This document shows positions 47,423-56,926 of a DNA stretch of 61,513 bases, one piece after another. Location of the stretch: NCBI GenBank assembly GCA_965651715.1, contig CBFGTB010000002.1:1-61513 (forward strand), given 5' to 3'. Each line of letters opens with the position of its first letter. The first letter of the stretch is position 1. Position numbers and translations under genes: made by a program. Under the pieces are notes generated by a model that was not told where the DNA came from, did no database searches, and saw nothing but the letters and a program-made list of their open reading frames with translations. This DNA comes from an uncultured Gemmatimonadales bacterium (GTDB lineage Bacteria; Gemmatimonadota; Gemmatimonadetes; Gemmatimonadales; GWC2-71-9).

Positions 47423-49935
47423 GCGACCGTCTCAGTGCCGCCGCGGCCCAGGTCATTCGACGCGAGATTACCGCTGCCGACGGCCGCGAGGTCTCCTTTG
47501 TCGCGACGGTCGATCCTGCGGGCATGATCCTCACGGCGCGACCGGTGGCGCGCGGGACAGTCGATGCGGTGCTGGCGCTGCCCGGTGTGGCCCGACCGGG
47601 CGAGATGATGCTGCACAACCATCCGTCCGGCCTGCTCGACCCCTCGGATGCCGACCTCGGCATTGCGGCACGACTGCACGACGACGGCATCGGGTTCGCG
47701 ATTGTCGATAACGATGCGGTGCGGGTCTATGTGGTTGTCGAGGTGCCCGCCGCGCGAACTCACCAGCGGCTCGATCCGTTCGATGTGATCGCCCTGCTGG
47801 GAGAACAGGGACCGATCGCCCGCGAACTCGGCGGATACGAAGATCGTCAGAGCCAGCGCGATCTCGCGGCCTATCTGGTGGATGGCTACAACGACGGCGG
47901 GGTGCTGCTGCTGGAGGCCGGAACCGGAGTGGGCAAGTCGTTTGCCTATCTGGTGCCGGCGCTGGCCTGGGCCCGGGCCAACGGCGAGCGCACGGTGATC
48001 AGCACCAACACGATCAACCTGCAGGAGCAGTTGGTGGGCAAGGACCTGCCGCTGTTGGCCCGCGCACTTCACGACGACGACTACACGCCCAGCTTTGCCC
48101 TGCTCAAGGGCTGGCGCAACTATCTCTGTCGGACGCGTCTTGACGGGGCGCTGGCGGCGCAACAGTCGCTGATGGAACCCGAACGACATCAGGAACTGCT
48201 GGATCTGGCCGCCTGGGCCCAGCACACCCGCGACGGATCCCTTGCCGATCTCCCCACCGCGCCCACCAGCGAAGTGTGGGACGAGGTGTCGGCCGAGGCC
48301 GATCTCTGCTCACGGGTCAAGTGCCCGCACTTCGACAACTGCTTTGTCTTTCAGGCGCGTCGTCGTGCGGCGCGCGCCGACGTGGTGGTGGTCAACCATC
48401 ACCTCCTCGCGGCCGATCTGGCGGTGCGCCACGCCTCGGACAACTGGGATGAAGCTGCGGTGTTGCCGGCCTACCACCGTCTCATCATCGACGAGGGACA
48501 CCATCTCGAGGATGTGGCGGCCCATCACCTCGGCCGTCAAGTGTCGTCGCGGGGTGTGGCGCGATTGCTGGCGCGACTGGAGCGGAGCGGCAAGGGATTG
48601 CTGCCGGCATTGATGCGGGAACTCAGTGGCGCCGACGATTTGCTCAGCCGGGCCTCGATGGATCTGCTGCGGGAGCGCCTGGTGCCGGCCACCGCCGAGG
48701 CGCGCCGGGCTGCCGAAGCGTTGTTTCTGCGGCTGTTCACCCTGGTGGAGCAGGCCGGGCCGGGGCCGTTCCGGCTCAGTGTCGAGTTTGAAACCGACCC
48801 GGTGTGGACCGACGGCCTGGCGCGCGAACTCGATGCCGCGCGGCTGGCGTTCCGTACTCTGGGCGAGCAGATGGAGACGGTTGCCGATCGACTGGCCCAG
48901 GTCGAGCTGACCGAACAGCGGACCCGGCTGCTGCTCGAATGCCGCGGAGTGCTGCGCCGCCTCGATGCGGTGCGCGAGGGCCTGGGGGCCGTGTTGCGAC
49001 CGGCCCAGGTGCGACCGCCCGATGTGCGCTGGATCAATCGGACCGGGCGCGAGGGGCGGGTGCTCCATCTGGCGGCGGTGCCGCTCGATCTGGCGCCGCT
49101 GTTGCGGGAACTGCTTTTTGACCGATTGGAGACCGTGGCCCTCACCAGTGCCACCCTGGCGGTGGGCGGGGATTTTTCCTTCGTCGCCTCGCGCGTGGGA
49201 CTGGCGGGCAGCGACAGCCCGGTCACGGTGCAGGAGATCTTCCCGTCGCCGTTCGACTACGCCGAGCAGTGCCTGCTGGGCGTGCCCAACGACGTCCCCG
49301 ATCCGCGGGAGGACCCGGCCGGCCATGATCTGGCGATGGCCGATGTGGTGGCGGACCTGGCGTGGGCATCGGACGGTGGCCTGTTTGTGCTGTTCACCTC
49401 CCATGCCCAGTTGCGCCGGGTGGCGCCGATGGTACAGCAGCGGCTGGGCGATCGCTTCCCGTTGCTGCGCCAGGGCGAGGGCCAGCGGGATCACTTGCTT
49501 CGGCGATTTCGCGAGGCCGGCAACGCGATCCTGTTCGGCACCGATTCATTCTGGGAAGGGGTCGACGTCCCGGGCCGCGCGCTCCGCGGATTGGTGCTGG
49601 CCAAGCTGCCCTTCAAGGTCCCCAGCGAGCCGATTACGGCGGCCCGGCTCGAGCGCCTGGCGGAGCAGGGTGACGACGGCTTCTTCGGCTATCTGTTACC
49701 CCATGCCGCGCTCAAACTGAAGCAGGGGTTCGGTCGGCTGATTCGCAGCCAGGGCGACGTGGGCGTGGTCGTGCTGCTGGATTCGCGCATTGCGTCGCGC
49801 CGCTACGGCATGGCGCTGCTCGATGGCTTGCCGCCGGCCGACCGGGTGGTCGACTCATGGGCCCGGGTCCGGATTCGCTGTGAGGATTTCTTCGCGCGTC
49901 ACGGGATCGGTGCGGCGCCACGCGACTATTCTTGA
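47419..49935 (+). CDS. RadC-type JAB domain fused to a DinG/XPD-family Fe-S DNA helicase
   Basis: JAB motif HNHPSGLLDPSDAD at 47614. Walker A EAGTGVGKSFAYLVPA. DEGHHLED box. Four Cys: YLCRTRL and CSRVKCPHFDNC. C-terminal helicase motifs GTDSFWEGVDVPG and QGFGRLIRS. The first ATG/GTG/TTG is at 47524, but the homology and the open frame extend upstream, so I propose CTG 47419 as the start. Confidence 0.8.
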   Translation: MSDRLSAAAAQVIRREITAADGREVSFVATVDPAGMILTARPVARGTVDAVLALPGVARPGEMMLHNHPSGLLDPSDADLGIAARLHDDGIGFAIVDNDAVRVYVVVEVPAARTHQRLDPFDVIALLGEQGPIARELGGYEDRQSQRDLAAYLVDGYNDGGVLLLEAGTGVGKSFAYLVPALAWARANGERTVISTNTINLQEQLVGKDLPLLARALHDDDYTPSFALLKGWRNYLCRTRLDGALAAQQSLMEPERHQELLDLAAWAQHTRDGSLADLPTAPTSEVWDEVSAEADLCSRVKCPHFDNCFVFQARRRAARADVVVVNHHLLAADLAVRHASDNWDEAAVLPAYHRLIIDEGHHLEDVAAHHLGRQVSSRGVARLLARLERSGKGLLPALMRELSGADDLLSRASMDLLRERLVPATAEARRAAEALFLRLFTLVEQAGPGPFRLSVEFETDPVWTDGLARELDAARLAFRTLGEQMETVADRLAQVELTEQRTRLLLECRGVLRRLDAVREGLGAVLRPAQVRPPDVRWINRTGREGRVLHLAAVPLDLAPLLRELLFDRLETVALTSATLAVGGDFSFVASRVGLAGSDSPVTVQEIFPSPFDYAEQCLLGVPNDVPDPREDPAGHDLAMADVVADLAWASDGGLFVLFTSHAQLRRVAPMVQQRLGDRFPLLRQGEGQRDHLLRRFREAGNAILFGTDSFWEGVDVPGRALRGLVLAKLPFKVPSEPITAARLERLAEQGDDGFFGYLLPHAALKLKQGFGRLIRSQGDVGVVVLLDSRIASRRYGMALLDGLPPADRVVDSWARVRIRCEDFFARHGIGAAPRDYS

Positions 49936-49974
49936 GGGAGTACAAGCGTCGACTCTCGCAACCGGAGTTGTCCT

Positions 49975-50598
49975 ATGGCGTTGCCCCTGCCGGGGAAGAT
50001 TATCTGTGTCGGTCGCAACTATGCCGCCCATGCCCGCGAACTGGGTAATGCGGTTCCGGAGCGGCCGTTGCTCTTTGCCAAGCCGGTGTCGGCAGTGATC
50101 GCACCGGGCGATCCGATCCGCTTGCCGGCCGCATCGACCCGGGTTGAACATGAGGCGGAAATCGGAGTGGTGATCGGTCGGCGGCTTCGCCGCGCGAGCC
50201 GGGTGGAGGCGCAGCAGGGGCTGGCGGGGATCTGCTGCGCCAACGACGTCACAGCACGCGATCTGCAGAAGCTCGACGGCTACTGGGTGCGGGCCAAGGG
50301 CTTCGACAGCTTCTGTCCGCTGGGGCCGGTGCTGCCGCTGCCGGGTCCGCTCGATGACCTGCGGGTGACCTGTCGGGTGAACGGTGAGCTGCGCCAGCAG
50401 GGCCACACCGCCGACATGATCTTTCCGATCGATATGCTGATCGAGTTCATCAGCGGCATCATGACGCTGGAGCCCGGCGATGTCATTCTGACCGGAACGC
50501 CCGAGGGTGTGGGTCCACTCCGGCCGGGGGATCAGGTCGAGGTCGAGATCCCGGGTGTAGGTCGGCTCACCAATCCGGTCATCGAGGATACCCCATGA
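49975..50598 (+). CDS. Fumarylacetoacetate hydrolase (FAH) family protein
   Basis: IICVGRNYAAHARELG, EAEIGVVIG, LTGTPEGVGPLRPGD. Confidence 0.88.
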   Translation: MALPLPGKIICVGRNYAAHARELGNAVPERPLLFAKPVSAVIAPGDPIRLPAASTRVEHEAEIGVVIGRRLRRASRVEAQQGLAGICCANDVTARDLQKLDGYWVRAKGFDSFCPLGPVLPLPGPLDDLRVTCRVNGELRQQGHTADMIFPIDMLIEFISGIMTLEPGDVILTGTPEGVGPLRPGDQVEVEIPGVGRLTNPVIEDTP

Positions 50599-51779
50599 CT
50601 CGCCTGAGTGCCCGGCTTTCGGCCCTGCCGGCGTATCCGCTGGCGGGCATCGCGGCTGCCAAAATTCGCCTGCGCGAGGCCGGAGTCGATCTGATCGACC
50701 TCGGCGCCGGCGATGCCGACGGCCCGCCACCCGAGGGGACCCGCCAGCGCCTGGTCGAGGCGCTGGACCAGGTGGCGCTGCACAAGTACGGCTTCCAGCT
50801 TGGCCTGCCACAGTTCCGAACCGCCGCTGCCGCATGGCTGCAGCGCCGCTTCGGGCTGGACTTTGATCCGATGCGTGACATCCTCCCGCTGATCGGTTCC
50901 AAGGAGGGGCTGGCTCACCTGGCGCTGGCCGTGGTCGATCCCGGCGATGTGGTGGTGGTGCCGGAGCCCGGCTATCAGGCCTATCTCGGCGGTGCCGTGA
51001 TGGCCGGCGGGATTCCGGAGATCGTGCCCCTCACAGCCGAGCAGGGATTCCTGCTCGAACTCGATCAGTGTCCCGATGCGCTGCTGCGGCGCACTCGTCT
51101 GGTGTACGTCAATTATCCCAACAACCCCACCGCTGCCACTGCGCCGCGCGAGTACCTCGAGCGGTTGGTGGCTTGTTGCCGTCGCTACGACATCGTCCTC
51201 GGCTATGACAATGCCTACAGCGAGATCACCTTCGACGGCTATCGGGCGCCGAGCATCTTCGAGATCCCGGGCGCTCGGGATGTGGCGGTGGAGTTCTTCT
51301 CGATGTCGAAGTCATTCCAGATGACCGGGTGGCGGCTGGGATTCGCTGTCGGCGATGCCCAGGTGATCGCGGCACTCAGCAAGGTCAAGAGTTACATCGA
51401 CACCGGGGCCTTTCAGGCGCTGCAGGCCGCTGCGGCCTGGACTCTCGATCATGCCGAAGAGCTGATTCCGCCGATGGTCACCGAGCTGAGCCACCGGCGC
51501 GATGTCGGCGTGGCAGCGCTGGCGGACATCGGCCTGCCGGTGGCGGCGCCCGCGGGGGCGATGTACCTCTGGGTTCCGCTGCCCGAGGGGATCGATTCGG
51601 CGCGCTTCGCCGCGGCGGCGTTGGAAAACGAAGGCGTGGTGGTGCTGCCGGGATCGGGCTTCGGGCGATCGGGCGAAGGTTTTTTCCGGATTGCGCTGAC
51701 CGTGCCGGCCGAGCGACTGCGCGAGGGCATCGGCCGACTGGGGCGGGTTCTCGCCGGGATGCGGGCGGCGCGGGGATGA
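50595..51779 (+). CDS. Class I/II PLP-dependent aminotransferase (LL-diaminopimelate aminotransferase-like)
   Basis: YPNNPT, DNAYSEI, and PLP-Lys motif SMSKSFQMTGWRLGF. ATGA overlap with the FAH gene. Confidence 0.85.
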   Translation: MTRLSARLSALPAYPLAGIAAAKIRLREAGVDLIDLGAGDADGPPPEGTRQRLVEALDQVALHKYGFQLGLPQFRTAAAAWLQRRFGLDFDPMRDILPLIGSKEGLAHLALAVVDPGDVVVVPEPGYQAYLGGAVMAGGIPEIVPLTAEQGFLLELDQCPDALLRRTRLVYVNYPNNPTAATAPREYLERLVACCRRYDIVLGYDNAYSEITFDGYRAPSIFEIPGARDVAVEFFSMSKSFQMTGWRLGFAVGDAQVIAALSKVKSYIDTGAFQALQAAAAWTLDHAEELIPPMVTELSHRRDVGVAALADIGLPVAAPAGAMYLWVPLPEGIDSARFAAAALENEGVVVLPGSGFGRSGEGFFRIALTVPAERLREGIGRLGRVLAGMRAARG

Positions 51780-52351
51780 CCCGTGCGGCGGCGTGGGTGG
51801 CGATGGCGCTGACGGGACTGGCAGTGCCGCTGCCGGGTCAGCGCCAATCGGGCGGCCATCGGTCGCTGGCGCCGCGCTTCGCCGGAGGTGGGGTGTGGGT
51901 CAGTCCGCGGGTCGTCCCGCCCGCGGTGATGGATCGGAGGTCGCCTCAGCAGCGGGTCGACAGCACAGTACAGGCGATCACCTCGGACTATCTCCGTGCG
52001 CGTGATGCGACCGAGCGTGCCCGCGCCGCTGCCATTCCGGAGTGGACCGCCACACTCGCTGGTCAAACCGTGGGTCTGGACAGCCGCTATGTTCATCTGG
52101 GCCCGGTGAGACTTCCCACTGTGCTGCTTGGGCTGCTGCCGATTCCGGGGGCGCAGGTCAATCCTCAGCAGTGGGATCGCCAGCGCACATGGGCGCTGAT
52201 GCGCGCTGACATCGCCCGCGCCGGAGCCCGTCAGGCCCACCTGGCGGAACTGACAGAGAGTGCTGCGGCGCTGCGCAAGGAGCGCGAAGCCAAACGGGCG
52301 TTTGCGGCCGCGCAGCGCCGACCGCCGCCCCCAAGTGAGGACCAGCCGTGA
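51776..52351 (+). CDS. Secreted hypothetical protein (191 aa)
   Basis: The ATG overlaps the aminotransferase stop (ATGA). Signal peptide WVAMALTGLAVPLPGQ. The upstream part of track ORF 51329.. lies inside the aminotransferase gene in another frame. Confidence 0.5.
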   Translation: MTRAAAWVAMALTGLAVPLPGQRQSGGHRSLAPRFAGGGVWVSPRVVPPAVMDRRSPQQRVDSTVQAITSDYLRARDATERARAAAIPEWTATLAGQTVGLDSRYVHLGPVRLPTVLLGLLPIPGAQVNPQQWDRQRTWALMRADIARAGARQAHLAELTESAAALRKEREAKRAFAAAQRRPPPPSEDQP

Positions 52352-52791
52352 AGTTGATCGATCGTCGCGACACCATTGTCATTGTCACAGCCGACCGACT
52401 CGAGCCGGGCCATCCCGATCATGACAATGCCCGGCGGCTCCGCGATGAGATCACTGCCCGAGGCCGGGGGTGGCCCTATCGCCGCGCGGTGACGGTCTCG
52501 GACGTGGCCTGGTTTGAAACCGATCTGCTCGATGGCGCGCCGACCATTGCGATCGGTGGTCCGGGCGCCAACGGTGTGACCGGACGGTTGGCGGGCGAGC
52601 TGCCCTCGGTCTGGAGCGATCGCGATCGGGTCATCATTCAGGCGCGGCTTGATGCGGTGCCGCCGCGGGTGCTGCTGTGGGGGATGGATCGATATGCGAC
52701 AAACGAGGCGGTCGAGGCGTTTCTGGCGCGGGGCTGGCTGGATGAATTCCTCGAACGCTGCTGGCGGTTCCCGGTCGGCAGTCCCGCCTGA
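52348..52791 (+). CDS. Hypothetical cytoplasmic protein (147 aa)
   Basis: The GTG start overlaps the upstream stop (GTGA). GC3-rich frame. No motif recognised. Confidence 0.45.
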   Translation: MKLIDRRDTIVIVTADRLEPGHPDHDNARRLRDEITARGRGWPYRRAVTVSDVAWFETDLLDGAPTIAIGGPGANGVTGRLAGELPSVWSDRDRVIIQARLDAVPPRVLLWGMDRYATNEAVEAFLARGWLDEFLERCWRFPVGSPA

Positions 52792-52797
52792 GCGGCG

Positions 52798-54210
52798 TCA
52801 GCTCGCCGCCAGTCGGCGGAGAGCTTCGGTTCGCCCCACCACCGCGAGCAGCTCGGGCACCGGCTCGCTCACCGTCCCGCCGGTCAGCATGATGCGGATC
52901 GGCTGCATCAGGTCTCCCAGCTTGAGCTGATGATCGGCGGCGCACTGCTTGAGCAGCGCTTCGAGCGAGGCGGCAGTCCACTCCGGCTCCGCGACGGCCG
53001 TCAGGGCGGCGTGAGCGATGGCGACGTTCTGGCCGAATCGATCGGCCAATTTGGTGGCGAAGGCCTCGCCCTTGCTGTCCCGCGTCACCGCTGCGCCGGG
53101 GAGGCGCAGCGCAACGGCGTCGACCACGGCGGTGACGGTTCGGGCGCGCTCCTTGACGACCGCAACAATGCGTTCAGCGTCGGCCCGGGGCAGTGTGATC
53201 TGGCGCCGGTTCAACTCGTGCATGACCGGATCGATCAACGCGCTCACCGGCAGGGCGGAGAGGTACTGGCCGTTCATCCACTCCAGCTTGGTCAGATCGA
53301 ATACCGCCGGCTTTTTCTGAATCCCGGCGAGTGAGAACCGGGCGATCAGCTCATCGCCCGGCAGAATCTCCTGGTCATCGCCGGGCGACCAGCCCAGCAG
53401 CGCCAGAAAGTTGCGCATTGCGGCGGGAAGGATGCCCTGGTTGCGGTAATCGCCCACCGCCGTCGCGCCATGGCGCTTGGAGAGTTTGCGGCCGTCGGGT
53501 CCGAGGATCATCGGCACGTGGGCGAACACCGGCACCGGATGTCCCAGGGCGCGATAGAGGGCAATCTGCTTCGGCGTATTTGACACGTGGTCGTCACCGC
53601 GGATCACGTGGGTGATACTCATGGCGGCGTCGTCGGAGACCACGGCCAGGTTGTAAATCGCCGAGCCATCGGAGCGCAGGATGATGAAGTCGTCGAGATC
53701 GCGACCCTGCCACGAGATGCGTCCGTGCACGGCATCGTCCCAGGCGATCTCCTCATCGGGAACCGCGAAACGGATGGCGTAGGGCGCGCCCGCCGCTTCC
53801 CGCCGGGCCACTTCGTCGGCCGGCAGGGCGAGACGCTCGCGATCGAACCTGAAGGTCTCGCCCCGACTGGCGGCCGTTTCGCGGGCGGCAGTCAGCTCGG
53901 CCGGGGTGAGGTAGTCGCGGTAGGCGGCTCCCTCTGCCAGCAGCCGGTGGGCGTCGGCACGATGCCGCGCCGACGCAGCGCCCTGAAATACCGGACCCTC
54001 GTCCCAATCGATGCCGAGCCAGGAAAGCCCGTCGAGAATGACCTGGGTATGGGCGTCGCTGGACCGCTCGCGGTCGGTGTCTTCGATCCGGAGCACCAGG
54101 GTTCCGCCGACCTGGCGGGCAAACAGCCAGTTGAACAGGGCGGTGCGAGCGCCGCCGACGTGGAGGGATCCGGTCGGGGACGGGGCAAAACGGACGCGCG
54201 GTGTGGCCAT
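52798..54210 (-). CDS. gltX: Glutamate--tRNA ligase
   Basis: RVRFAPSPTGSLHVGGARTALFNW (HIGH-type), IRGDDH, and KLSKRHG (KMSKS). Confidence 0.96.
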   Translation of the reverse strand: MATPRVRFAPSPTGSLHVGGARTALFNWLFARQVGGTLVLRIEDTDRERSSDAHTQVILDGLSWLGIDWDEGPVFQGAASARHRADAHRLLAEGAAYRDYLTPAELTAARETAASRGETFRFDRERLALPADEVARREAAGAPYAIRFAVPDEEIAWDDAVHGRISWQGRDLDDFIILRSDGSAIYNLAVVSDDAAMSITHVIRGDDHVSNTPKQIALYRALGHPVPVFAHVPMILGPDGRKLSKRHGATAVGDYRNQGILPAAMRNFLALLGWSPGDDQEILPGDELIARFSLAGIQKKPAVFDLTKLEWMNGQYLSALPVSALIDPVMHELNRRQITLPRADAERIVAVVKERARTVTAVVDAVALRLPGAAVTRDSKGEAFATKLADRFGQNVAIAHAALTAVAEPEWTAASLEALLKQCAADHQLKLGDLMQPIRIMLTGGTVSEPVPELLAVVGRTEALRRLAAS

Positions 54211-54329
54211 CAGGCGGTCGATATCCGGAATGGGTGGTCCCGATTCATCCGGCGCGCCGACCAATCGCGTGCGGCGACACGCGCCTGATGCACTCCACGA
54301 CATGAGGACCTGCGAGCGGATGTACTCAA

Positions 54330-54421
54330 CGGAGCGAGAGGGATTCGAACCCTCGTTAGGGGCTTTAGACCCCTAAAACGGTTTAGCAAACCGCCGCCTT
54401 CAGCCACTCGGCCATCGCTCC
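54330..54421 (-). tRNA. tRNA-Ser (anticodon GCU)
   Basis: GGAGCGA/TCGCTCC acceptor, anticodon loop TTGCTAA, long variable arm AGGGG-TCTAAAG-CCCCT, T arm GAGGG-TTCGAAT-CCCTC. Confidence 0.9.
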
Positions 54422-54445
54422 CGACGGGGGACAAGATATACCGGG

Positions 54446-55357
54446 TCAGTCGCCCGGCGCGAGGCTGTCCCGCGCGGCCCGAACCGCGCGCACCCAATCG
54501 GCAAGGCCGATGCCGGAGCGGCTGAAGAGATCGTGGTCGATGGTGATCACTCGACCGGCGCGGACGGCATCGAGGTCGCGCCAGCCCGGCAGTCGCCGCA
54601 GCTCGGCCAGACGAGTGGCGTAATCGCCCGAGGTGAGGATCCACCGGGGTTGCCGGATCGCGATGCTCTCCATCGACACGGCCGGCCACGGGGCTGTGAC
54701 GTCGTCGAAGATATTGACAAGGCAGGCGCCGCCCAGCAGTTGCGACATCCAGGCGGTCGAGGCGGCGACCGTGGGCGGGTCGGTCCACAGCTCGATCACC
54801 GCCGATTCGGGTGGCTGTCCGGCGGCGCAGGCGGTGCGCCGCAGCTCGGCCAGCTCGCTTCGCAGGGCCGTGGCCAGGCTGTCGGCGGCCGCCGTGCGCC
54901 CCACCAGGCGTCCCACCGCATCGAGTTGGGCGAACACGGCGGCTGTGTCGGTGGCTTCGAGGGCAATCACCGGGATGTTGAACGGTTGGAGCGCATGGGC
55001 CAGATCGACCGAGGAGCGGATCCGCCAGCCGATCACTACATCGGGACGGAGGCGGGCGATCGCCTCGGCCGAAATCTCAAGGCCGCCGCCCAGTGAGGGC
55101 AGCGCGGCGAGTTCCGGTTCCTCGTCGTAGTCGGTCCGGGCGACCAGACGGTCGGCCGCACCGAGATGAACCAGCCACTCGGTTGCGGATTGGAGAGTCG
55201 ATACGATCCGCTCGACCGGCAGGCTGTCGAGCACCACCGGACGTCCATCGGGATCGTGGAACGCCGTTCCCGTATCAGCGTGATCCGCCGGCTGACAGCC
55301 GACTGCCGTCAGCAGCAGCGCCAGCAGTGCACCGCCTCGTGCACTGCGGCGCATCAT
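54446..55357 (-). CDS. Periplasmic substrate-binding lipoprotein, BtuF/FhuD-like (ABC transporter type)
   Basis: Lipobox LLLTAVGC, PDVVIGW, and IPVIALEATD...VGRLVGR. No permease or ATPase gene is adjacent. Confidence 0.7.
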   Translation of the reverse strand: MMRRSARGGALLALLLTAVGCQPADHADTGTAFHDPDGRPVVLDSLPVERIVSTLQSATEWLVHLGAADRLVARTDYDEEPELAALPSLGGGLEISAEAIARLRPDVVIGWRIRSSVDLAHALQPFNIPVIALEATDTAAVFAQLDAVGRLVGRTAAADSLATALRSELAELRRTACAAGQPPESAVIELWTDPPTVAASTAWMSQLLGGACLVNIFDDVTAPWPAVSMESIAIRQPRWILTSGDYATRLAELRRLPGWRDLDAVRAGRVITIDHDLFSRSGIGLADWVRAVRAARDSLAPGD

Positions 55358-56175
55358 GTCCCGGTGGCTGGTGCGGCGGTCGCCGCTTTGAGCATTTCCA
55401 TCGGGAACGGCTGCAGGCCGGCCGGCAGTTGGAAGGTGGTCGGCGGCGGTGTCTCGGTCGACATGCCGGTCAATTCGATAGTCATCTCGTTGGTCCCGGT
55501 GATCCGGGTCCGCAGCGGTACCATGTCACGGCCGCCAAAGGGATACGCCTGCTCGGGATTGAGTGACTTCCACCGGGCCAATATCGAGCCGAAACGCTCG
55601 CCCAGAATCTGGCTGGTTGTGGTCATGATCGGCTGCGGTTCGGCGACACAAAACTCGACTGTGGCCGTCGGATCGGCGGTCGTCGCCGTCCAGATTTCGC
55701 AGGGCACTCCGGCCACCGTGTCAGTTCGACCGGTATTGGTGTACTCGGCCGGCACGTTGGTCTCGAGCGAATCCAGCGTGGGAGGCAGCGGCAGCGAATC
55801 GGGCAGGGGAATCGTCAGCTCGAAGCCGATGTCGGTCCCCATCATCGCCCCCAGTTGGGGCGGCAGCACGACGCCGACAGTCAGGCTGTCGCTGCCGCGG
55901 CGGGTCAGCAGATGGGCCCGGACCGTCGAGAGATCAATCTGCAGGCTGTTGGCGATCATGTCGGGGCCGGGTGCCAACGTCGCGCTCAGGTTGGTCCCGT
56001 CGGTCGCCACAGTGAAGGTGAGATCGAACCGGCTGATCGCCCCCGGCATGACCGACTGGACAGTGTCGGGGACGTCGCCCCGGAGGGTCCAGATCATGGT
56101 GCCGGTCTGGCTGACCAGCGCCCCGGGGTGAGCCAGCAGGACCGCAGCGAATCCGACACTCAATGAGCAGCGCAT
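55354..56175 (-). CDS. Secreted hypothetical protein (DUF4412-like, tentative)
   Basis: Signal peptide MRCSLSVGFAAVLLA. GVPCEIW and C-terminal FQLPAGLQPFP resemble the downstream paralog. ATGA overlap with the binding-protein gene. Confidence 0.5.
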   Translation of the reverse strand: MRCSLSVGFAAVLLAHPGALVSQTGTMIWTLRGDVPDTVQSVMPGAISRFDLTFTVATDGTNLSATLAPGPDMIANSLQIDLSTVRAHLLTRRGSDSLTVGVVLPPQLGAMMGTDIGFELTIPLPDSLPLPPTLDSLETNVPAEYTNTGRTDTVAGVPCEIWTATTADPTATVEFCVAEPQPIMTTTSQILGERFGSILARWKSLNPEQAYPFGGRDMVPLRTRITGTNEMTIELTGMSTETPPPTTFQLPAGLQPFPMEMLKAATAAPATGT

Positions 56176-56212
56176 AGCAGTTCTTCCCGGCGGGAGTGAG
56201 CAGGGCATCGGA

Positions 56213-56883
56213 TCAGGGGCGGCGACCGGGCATCATCGACGACATGTCGACATAGCCGGTGGGCGACTCATTGAGCATCTCGGCGGGGACCGGACCGCGG
56301 TTGACCGAGACCACCTCCATCTGGCCGGTGGAGCTGCCGCCCTCCTGCCAGACCTTGAGCGGAAAGGCCGGCTTGTCGCCGAAGGCGCGGGTCCAGGCCG
56401 GCGCATCGTCGGGTCCGCCCAGCGAGGGCAGGGTGAAGCGGCCCAGAGCTGTCGTGACGCACATGCGGGTCTCGCCCGCATCCGACGTCAGGGTGTAGTC
56501 GTCGCAGCGCATGCCCGCGATGGTCTGCGAGGTACCCAGCTTGGTGAGCTTGAGGTCAGGGTCCGCCTCGGTGCTGGCGGGGGTGAGATCGGTCACCATC
56601 TTCATGCCCTTGCTGCCCGGGGGCAGTGGCATCCCGGGAGGTGCCGGCATCAGCGTTGTCATCTTCTGGCTGGCGCGATTGAGCACCATCCGGGCCGATG
56701 GCCGGCCGAACTCGGCAGGGTCATGACCATCGCCATGGTGGTGCCCTTGAGGTAGACCGTGGTACGGATCGGCTCCGGCGCCTTGGCGTCGGTGAGCTGC
56801 ATTTCGATGGTGCCTTCGAAGTTTTGCGCGGCAAGCGGGCCGACGCAAAGCAACGTTCCGAGCATGAGCAGTGAGCGACGCAT
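56213..56883 (-). pseudogene. DUF4412-like secreted protein gene interrupted by a single frameshift
   Basis: Signal peptide and N-terminus (MRRSLLMLGTLLCVGPLAAQNFEGTIEM...YLKGTTMAMVMT) lie in one frame (track ORF 56659..56883). The rest (PAEFGRPSARMVLNRASQKMTTLMP...GMRCDDYTL...PTGYVDM) lies in the -1 frame (track ORF 56213..56848). The switch is near 56711-56730. Confidence 0.6.
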
Positions 56884-56926
56884 GGTTGGGACCCTCGGTC
56901 AGGGAAAAGGACTCGTCAGCTAACGA

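Noticed and set aside
51329-51775. The N-terminal 149 codons of track ORF 51329..52351.
   Set aside because: This part lies inside the aminotransferase gene in another frame and is Arg/Gly-rich. A proper ATG with an ATGA stop-start overlap and a signal peptide begins at 51776.
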